DNA of 64,000 nt, from contig JBAZSW010000006.1 in the NCBI GenBank assembly GCA_041662245.1, positions 10,442-74,441 on the forward strand. The letters are read 5' to 3'. Under the pieces are notes generated by a model. That model was given only the letters and a program-made list of their open reading frames with translations. It searched no databases and was not told where the DNA came from. Positions 58,223 through 64,000 of this stretch are shown here, piece after piece (position 1 is the stretch's first letter; each line of letters starts with the position of its first letter). The DNA is from Parcubacteria group bacterium. Lineage in GTDB: Bacteria > Patescibacteriota > Minisyncoccia > Moranbacterales > UBA9337. A program made the position numbers and the translations under genes.

Positions 58223-59806
58223 TTATTTTTCAATATCCCCCACAATCTCATCTATCGCCACCCTCAAATCACTCTGCCTTGCCACAATCCGATCAATCTC
58301 CTTATTAAGAACTTTAATATCAACCACCTCTCGCGTATCTTCCGCCACCACATAGCTTGATACCGCGATATTATAATCATTTTCAGCAATAGTGGTGTTG
58401 TCGACCAGCTTGGCAAAATAATCTGCATCTTTACGCTTGATAAAAGCATTCAGAATCTTTTTGCGATTATTTTCACTCAGTTTATTTTTATTCCCGCCTC
58501 GCACAAATTCTTTCGACGCGTCGATAAACAAAGTCTTATTTTCTTTCTTGCTCTTTTTAAGGACAATGATGCAAGTGGCAATTGTTGTGCCAAAGAAAAG
58601 ATCCGGCGGAAGCTGGATAACCGCATCTACATAATTATTATCAACCAAATATTTTCGAATCTTACCCTCTGCTCCACCACGATAGAGTACTCCTGGGAAT
58701 TCAACAATCGCTGCCGTCCCACTGGTAGAAAGCCAAGCGAGCATATGCATCGTAAAAGCCAAATCAGCTTTACTCTTTGGCGCGAGCACTCCCGCTGGAG
58801 AAAAACGTAGATCATTAATTATCAAAGGATTAGCATCGCCATCCCACTTGATAGAATAAGGCGGATTGGAAACGATAGCGTCAAAGGGTTCATCGTCCCA
58901 ATGTTTCGGATCAGTGAGAGTGTCACCATGGGCAACATCAAAATTATTATAATTGATATCGTGCAAAAACATATTGATTCGGCAAAGATTATAAGTAGTC
59001 AGATTTATTTCTTGACCATAAAAACCCTGTCTAACATTTTCCTTGCCCAACACTTTGGCAAATTTTAAGAGAAGTGAACCAGATCCACAACAAGGATCAT
59101 AAACTTTATTGACTTCTTTTTTGCCCACAGTGGTAATTTCTGCTAGCAGTTCGCTCACTTCCTGCGGAGTATAAAACTCTCCTCCGGATTTTCCGGCGTT
59201 TGATGCATACATGGCCATCAAATATTCATAAGCATCGCCAAAAGCATCAATTGTATTATCAGCATACTCACCCAAACGAAGATCGCCAATTGCTTCTAAT
59301 AGTTTTGCAATTCTTTGATTTCTTTTTTCTACCGTTGGTCCAAGCTTATTAGAATTCACATCAATGTCATCAAACAATCCCCTTAGGTCATCCTCACTTT
59401 CAAATCCTTTGGCAGAATTTTCAATATTATCAAAAATCTTAGCCAGTGTTTCATTGAGGTTTTCGTCATTACGAGCATTTTTGCAAACATTCACAAAAAG
59501 CTCACTCGGCAAAATGTAAAAGCCTTTATTGATTATGGTTTCACTACGACCAAATTCCGCTTCTTTATCACTCAATTTTGTATAATCAAATTCTTCCTGC
59601 CCAGAAATTCGTCGTTCGTCTTCATTAATAAAACTAGTCAGATTTTCACTAATAAAACGATAAAAAAGTATTCCAAGGACATACTGCTTGAAATCCCAAC
59701 CATCCACACTTCCCCTAAGGTCATTGGCAATCTGCCAAATGGCGCGATGAAGCTCTGAACGCTCTTGCTCCTTGGTCATATTTAAATTTGTATCTTTTTT
59801 ACTCAT
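58223..59806 (-). CDS. hsdM: Type I methyltransferase subunit M
   Basis: GEFYTP, YDPCCGSGSLL, VSNPPY. Confidence 0.97.
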   Translation of the reverse strand: MSKKDTNLNMTKEQERSELHRAIWQIANDLRGSVDGWDFKQYVLGILFYRFISENLTSFINEDERRISGQEEFDYTKLSDKEAEFGRSETIINKGFYILPSELFVNVCKNARNDENLNETLAKIFDNIENSAKGFESEDDLRGLFDDIDVNSNKLGPTVEKRNQRIAKLLEAIGDLRLGEYADNTIDAFGDAYEYLMAMYASNAGKSGGEFYTPQEVSELLAEITTVGKKEVNKVYDPCCGSGSLLLKFAKVLGKENVRQGFYGQEINLTTYNLCRINMFLHDINYNNFDVAHGDTLTDPKHWDDEPFDAIVSNPPYSIKWDGDANPLIINDLRFSPAGVLAPKSKADLAFTMHMLAWLSTSGTAAIVEFPGVLYRGGAEGKIRKYLVDNNYVDAVIQLPPDLFFGTTIATCIIVLKKSKKENKTLFIDASKEFVRGGNKNKLSENNRKKILNAFIKRKDADYFAKLVDNTTIAENDYNIAVSSYVVAEDTREVVDIKVLNKEIDRIVARQSDLRVAIDEIVGDIEK

Positions 59807-59988
59807 TTATTTTTTTCTAATTTGAAGTTATCTAACAAAACGCATATGTCTTTATTCTACGCCAAAAAATAAGGCTTGGCAAAAACCTATCCTCTAAACA
59901 AAAAAGATAAGGGTTTATATTTGAGATTTCTCCACTCCTATATTTTTGAGTACAAAAATATATCCAGTCGAAATAACACGCGGAAGGA

Positions 59989-60684
59989 CTACATCATATT
60001 CTTCTCTTTTAAGCTGAAGAAGCTGGTTTGGGTGATTATTATGTGGTCGATTAACTCGATGCCCATTATTTTTCCAGCCTCTTTGAGTCGATTGGTGGTG
60101 GTTAAATCATTATCCGAGGGCTCTGCTCCACCAGAGGGATGATTATGAGCGATGATTATCGAAGCCGCCAGATAATCAATAGCTGATTTAAAAACTTCTC
60201 TCGGATGCACTAAATTAGCATTAAGAGTCCCGACAGAAATGATTTCTTTGTGAATTAGTTGATTGCGCGCATTTAAATATAAAACCACCAAATGTTCTTT
60301 TTTGGCGGTGCGGAGTTCTTGAAGTTGTGCCATCGCCTCTCTGGCGGAGCTTATGACAGGTAGATTATTATCCTCTACTGCTAAAGCACGTTTAGTCAGT
60401 TCAAAGGCCGCCAATAATAAACAAGCTTTGACCGTCCCTATTCCTTTAATCTTAGATAAATTTTTTAAATCCAAAGTTAATAATTTTTTAGTGGGAAACT
60501 TTTTTAAAATCTCTCTGGAAACTTCTAAAACATTTTTACCCGCCACTCCAGTGCGAAGTAAAATCGCCATCAATTCATAATCTTTTAAATTCCCCACCCC
60601 CTTTTCCAGCATCTTTTCTCTGGGCATTTCATGCTTGGCTAGGTTTTTTATTTTTGGCATATTTTTTAATCTTATTTTTTTCAA
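59989..60684 (-). CDS. radC: RadC/JAB-domain protein
   Basis: PREK, HhH GIG, VHPREVF, HNHPSG..EPS..D, DHII; true start probably ATG 60660. Confidence 0.93.
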   Translation of the reverse strand: MKKIRLKNMPKIKNLAKHEMPREKMLEKGVGNLKDYELMAILLRTGVAGKNVLEVSREILKKFPTKKLLTLDLKNLSKIKGIGTVKACLLLAAFELTKRALAVEDNNLPVISSAREAMAQLQELRTAKKEHLVVLYLNARNQLIHKEIISVGTLNANLVHPREVFKSAIDYLAASIIIAHNHPSGGAEPSDNDLTTTNRLKEAGKIMGIELIDHIIITQTSFFSLKEKNMM

Positions 60685-60798
60685 TCACTAATTATCAATT
60701 TATTTCCTGATTTTTTATTACGTAATCAATTACGTACCTAATTAAACCTTGAAGTTATACTAAATCCCATTAGCCTCTGCACAATTTAATTTTACAAT

Positions 60799-60836
60799 AG
60801 ATCTCTCGACTCCGCATTCACTTCACTCGAGATGAC
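60799..60836. repeat. REP-like palindrome (AGAT...ATGAC type)
   Basis: AGATCTCTCGAC...CTCGAGATGAC. Confidence 0.55.
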
Positions 60837-60925
60837 AATTGTGAGTAACAATTGTTTGGAAATGGTATTATCTGACAGAAAGTAGATACCTCTATTTTAC
60901 TCCTATTTTTAGTTCTTTACCAATT

Positions 60926-60957
60926 AAAAAATATCCACCTCAGGCGGATATTTTTTT
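60926..60957 (-). terminator. ftsZ terminator
   Basis: AAAAAATATCCGCC-tga-GGTGGATATTTTT. Confidence 0.7.
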
Positions 60958-60979
60958 ATTGAAAGACGTTAAGTTATCT

Positions 60980-62215
60980 TTATTTTCCCATTTTCCTTCG
61001 GATAAAAGCTGGAATTTCTAACTCGTCATCGCTATCGTCATTCATATCTCTAGTTACGGTAATATTATTTCTCTTGGGTTGTAATTTTTCTTCAATTATC
61101 ATTCGACTCTCGACTTTTCTTGTCGGAAAGGCAACTCTTTCTGGCATAACATTTTCGATTTCATCCAAATCCTTATCCATCACCATTATTTCTTCTTTTT
61201 CTGAAGTATTATTTTTTCTTACTCTCGCTATCATATCGGCAGGAGAGTCTCCATAATCATCCGTATCAAATCCTGTTGCCACTACAGTGATATGCAAATC
61301 TCCTTTTCGCACTTGATCATCTGTCACGGCACCAAAGATAACTTTAGCGTTAGGATCCACATTTTCAGTAATGATATTAGCGGCTTCATTAATTTCAAGC
61401 ATAGTTAAATCGCTAGAACCAGAAACATTAAACAATACTCCTTTAGCGCCATCAATTGATAACTCCAATAAAGGACTGCTAATAGCGGCCTTGGCAGCTT
61501 CCGCAGCTCTATTTTCTCCACTAGAAATTCCAATTCCCATCAAAGCGCTTCCACTATCGGCCATAATGGCTCGCACATCTGCAAAATCCACATTAACAAT
61601 TCCTGGTTTAGTAATTAAATCAGAAATTCCTTGCACTCCTTGTCTAAGCACATCATCTACAATCTTAAATGAATTTATCAAAGTAACTTTTTTATCAATA
61701 ATAGAAAGCAATCTATCATTATGAATAGTAATAAAAGTATCTACTCTCTTTTTTAAATTTTCTAAAGCTTCATTGGCAATTGCTTGGCGTTGTGCTCCTT
61801 CAAAAGCAAACGGTTTAGTTACTACCGCTACTGTTAGGGCTCCCAATTCTTTGGCAGTTTCAGCGACTACGGGACCTGCGCCCGAGCCAGTTCCTCCTCC
61901 TAAACCGCAAGTAACGAAAACCATATCAGTACCTTTCAACACCTCTTGAATTTCATCTCTGTTTTCTTCAGCTGCCTGTCTTCCAATTTCTGGATTCATT
62001 CCTGCGCCCAAACCTTTGGTTAAATTTTTACCAATATGAACTTTTTCCGCCGCTCTTGAATGATGGAGAGCTTGTGAGTCAGTATTAACTGCCACAAATT
62101 CAACCCCTTTGATATTAGAATCAATCATTCTGCTTACTGCGCTGTTTCCACTTCCTCCCACTCCAACAACTTTTATTTTTGCGAAAGTTTCTATATCGGG
62201 TTTAACCTCGGCCAT
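60980..62215 (-). CDS. ftsZ: Cell division protein FtsZ
   Basis: GGGTGSG, NVDFADV, C-terminal LEIPAFIRR. Confidence 0.98.
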   Translation of the reverse strand: MAEVKPDIETFAKIKVVGVGGSGNSAVSRMIDSNIKGVEFVAVNTDSQALHHSRAAEKVHIGKNLTKGLGAGMNPEIGRQAAEENRDEIQEVLKGTDMVFVTCGLGGGTGSGAGPVVAETAKELGALTVAVVTKPFAFEGAQRQAIANEALENLKKRVDTFITIHNDRLLSIIDKKVTLINSFKIVDDVLRQGVQGISDLITKPGIVNVDFADVRAIMADSGSALMGIGISSGENRAAEAAKAAISSPLLELSIDGAKGVLFNVSGSSDLTMLEINEAANIITENVDPNAKVIFGAVTDDQVRKGDLHITVVATGFDTDDYGDSPADMIARVRKNNTSEKEEIMVMDKDLDEIENVMPERVAFPTRKVESRMIIEEKLQPKRNNITVTRDMNDDSDDELEIPAFIRRKMGK

Positions 62216-62345
62216 ATATTTTTTAAATAATTACTGACGAATCCAATTCTTTTAGTAAATTAGCTCCTCAATAAAAAATAATTTTTAATTCATTCTTCTT
62301 AGTATATAAATCTATCACAGTTACACAACCTATGTCAAGTAAGCT

Positions 62346-63602
62346 CTAAGGAAGGAAATTATCCGTCCACTTCTTTATTCTACCACCAATTTTTTTCATA
62401 TTAATTTTATCCGTAGAAAAGAAATTCATATATTTATTATGATTTTTATTCTTGCAAGCATTTTGATAGGAACTTGCCAAAAGTCCAATCACTGTAGAAA
62501 ACGACGGTGAATCAATTTTATCTAAAACTCCCGTAACTTCAGTAGGATAACCAGTCTTAGCCGGAAGTCCCAAAATATCTTTAGCAAAAGAAACTACTCC
62601 CGGTAATTCCGATCCGCCACCTATCAAAACTACTCCTGCTGGCAACAATCCCGCTTTGCCGATTTTCTTCAATTCATTATTTATCATTTCAAAAATTTCT
62701 CGAAGTCTGGCTTCAATAATTTCTGCCACATGATATCTCAAAACAACTCCTTCTTCTTTTATGTCAATTTCTGATAATTCTATAATATCTCTTTTATTTA
62801 TTTCTTTAGGAAAAGCACTTCCATATTCTAATTTTATTTTTTCAGCCACTTCTATAGAGGTTCGCAACCCAATAGCCAAATCATTAGTAATATGTCCTGC
62901 ACCTACTGGCAAAACTGTTAAGTAACTAAGCTCGCCCTCCTCATAAATTGTTATTGAAGTTGTCCCACCTCCAATATCCACGATAGCTACTCCCAATTCC
63001 TTTTGGCTTTTATCCAACACTACCGCTGAAGCCGCCACCGAATTTACTGCCAATTCATCAATGTTTACATAATGTCCAACACTTTTGGTTAAATTTCCCA
63101 AATGAGTTGAGGCATCTTCAATCATTAAAACATCCGCCTCTAATCTAATTCCTTTTAGCCCCAAGGGATTTCTTATTTCGCTTTGATCATCTAATTTATA
63201 ACTCTTAGCGATAGAATGGATTATCTCGCTATTTATCGGCATTGAAGCGTTTTTAGCTGCTTCTAAAACTCTTTGAATATCTTCTTCCTCCACTGTTCCA
63301 TTGGCTCTGCCTATGGCGATAACCCCTTTCGTTTTTTGTAACTTTATATCTGTTCCGCCTATTCCCAAAACGATATCATGCACCCGACAATCAATAATAG
63401 TTTCCAATTTATTAATTACTTCACTAATTGATTTGGAAGCGTCTTCAACATCAATCACAGCTCCTCTCCTTATTCCTCTTGATTTAGAAATAGCCACACC
63501 CAAAATCTGTATTTCTTCTTCGTTGTTGATTTGAGCAGCTGCAGCTCTGATATTATTAGAGCCTACATCTAAACTAATTATAATATTGTCCTTATTTGAC
63601 AT
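62346..63602 (-). CDS. ftsA: Cell division protein FtsA
   Basis: LDVGS, VDIGGGTT, AEKIK, GGGS; upstream of ftsZ. Confidence 0.96.
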   Translation of the reverse strand: MSNKDNIIISLDVGSNNIRAAAAQINNEEEIQILGVAISKSRGIRRGAVIDVEDASKSISEVINKLETIIDCRVHDIVLGIGGTDIKLQKTKGVIAIGRANGTVEEEDIQRVLEAAKNASMPINSEIIHSIAKSYKLDDQSEIRNPLGLKGIRLEADVLMIEDASTHLGNLTKSVGHYVNIDELAVNSVAASAVVLDKSQKELGVAIVDIGGGTTSITIYEEGELSYLTVLPVGAGHITNDLAIGLRTSIEVAEKIKLEYGSAFPKEINKRDIIELSEIDIKEEGVVLRYHVAEIIEARLREIFEMINNELKKIGKAGLLPAGVVLIGGGSELPGVVSFAKDILGLPAKTGYPTEVTGVLDKIDSPSFSTVIGLLASSYQNACKNKNHNKYMNFFSTDKINMKKIGGRIKKWTDNFLP

Positions 63603-63607
63603 AAAAA

Positions 63608-63991
63608 TTAGAAATAGAAATTTAGTAAATTAAATATATGAGGCAAAAATATTATTAATCCTAGCAAAATAGACATCACCGAAGAAATTAAAACTACTCC
63701 TGCCATAATATCTTTTATCAAGCGAGCAAAAGGATGCACCCTAGGCTCGAGAATATCTACCACTCTTTCTACAACAGTGTTAATAAGCTCTGTGACTAAT
63801 ACCCAAGTAATTAAAAAGATGACCACCACAAATTCCCAAATTTTTATATCAAAAATAATTGAACAAAAAACAACAAATATCGCAATCATTAATTCTATTC
63901 TGAAATTTCTTTCATTTTTTATGACATACCTCAGCCCTCTGATGGCACATCGCAAACTACTCTTAAACTTGTTGCTTCTCTTATGCTTCAT
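63608..63991 (-). CDS. dgkA: Diacylglycerol/undecaprenol kinase (DgkA family)
   Basis: ERNFR, ELINTVVE, IKDIMAG. Confidence 0.88.
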   Translation of the reverse strand: MKHKRSNKFKSSLRCAIRGLRYVIKNERNFRIELMIAIFVVFCSIIFDIKIWEFVVVIFLITWVLVTELINTVVERVVDILEPRVHPFARLIKDIMAGVVLISSVMSILLGLIIFLPHIFNLLNFYF

Positions 63992-64000
63992 ACTAATATT

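Noticed and set aside
6491-63534. Numerous plus-strand and nested ORFs in the track overlapping long minus-strand genes
   Set aside because: Antisense or alternate-frame shadows of well-supported genes, with no motifs or translation signals.
1-64000. Alternative genetic code (TGA=Gly, as in Gracilibacteria)
   Set aside because: Conserved genes are full length under code 11, and TGA acts as a stop (e.g. the ATGA overlaps).

Overview
AT-rich chromosomal segment of a Patescibacteria (CPR) genome, probably Parcubacteria (Moranbacteria-like, by inference from gene content and protein style), using the standard genetic code, with nearly all genes on the minus strand. Core content: tRNA cluster Thr-Tyr-Thr-rpmG-Trp, ricT, tsf-rpsB, rpmE, gpmI-eno, rnpB, tgt, recO, ileS, rfbC, tyrS and ftsZ-ftsA. 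Accessory content: (i) a stepwise-accreted island at the tRNA-Trp 3' end with three att-like scars, each followed by a displaced recombinase-type C-terminal peptide, carrying a Fic gene, ORFans and a candidate sRNA; (ii) a type I RM locus with a type II Thoeris pair (TIR plus TM-Macro), an unknown 334-aa gene and a Bro-N gene nested inside; (iii) an ApbE/cytochrome b flavinylation module. Non-coding highlights: an Ile T-box with an Actinobacteria-type ultrashort Stem I but a transcription terminator; a TrpR/YerC-like gene bracketed by perfect 38-bp palindromic direct repeats between that T-box and ileS; a ~600-nt RNase P RNA carrying a repeat-derived hairpin; a broken duplicate tRNA-Thr; and several families of small palindromic or heptamer elements inserted in frame into ileS, hsdR and tgt. 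All calls were made by eye; no database searches were run.
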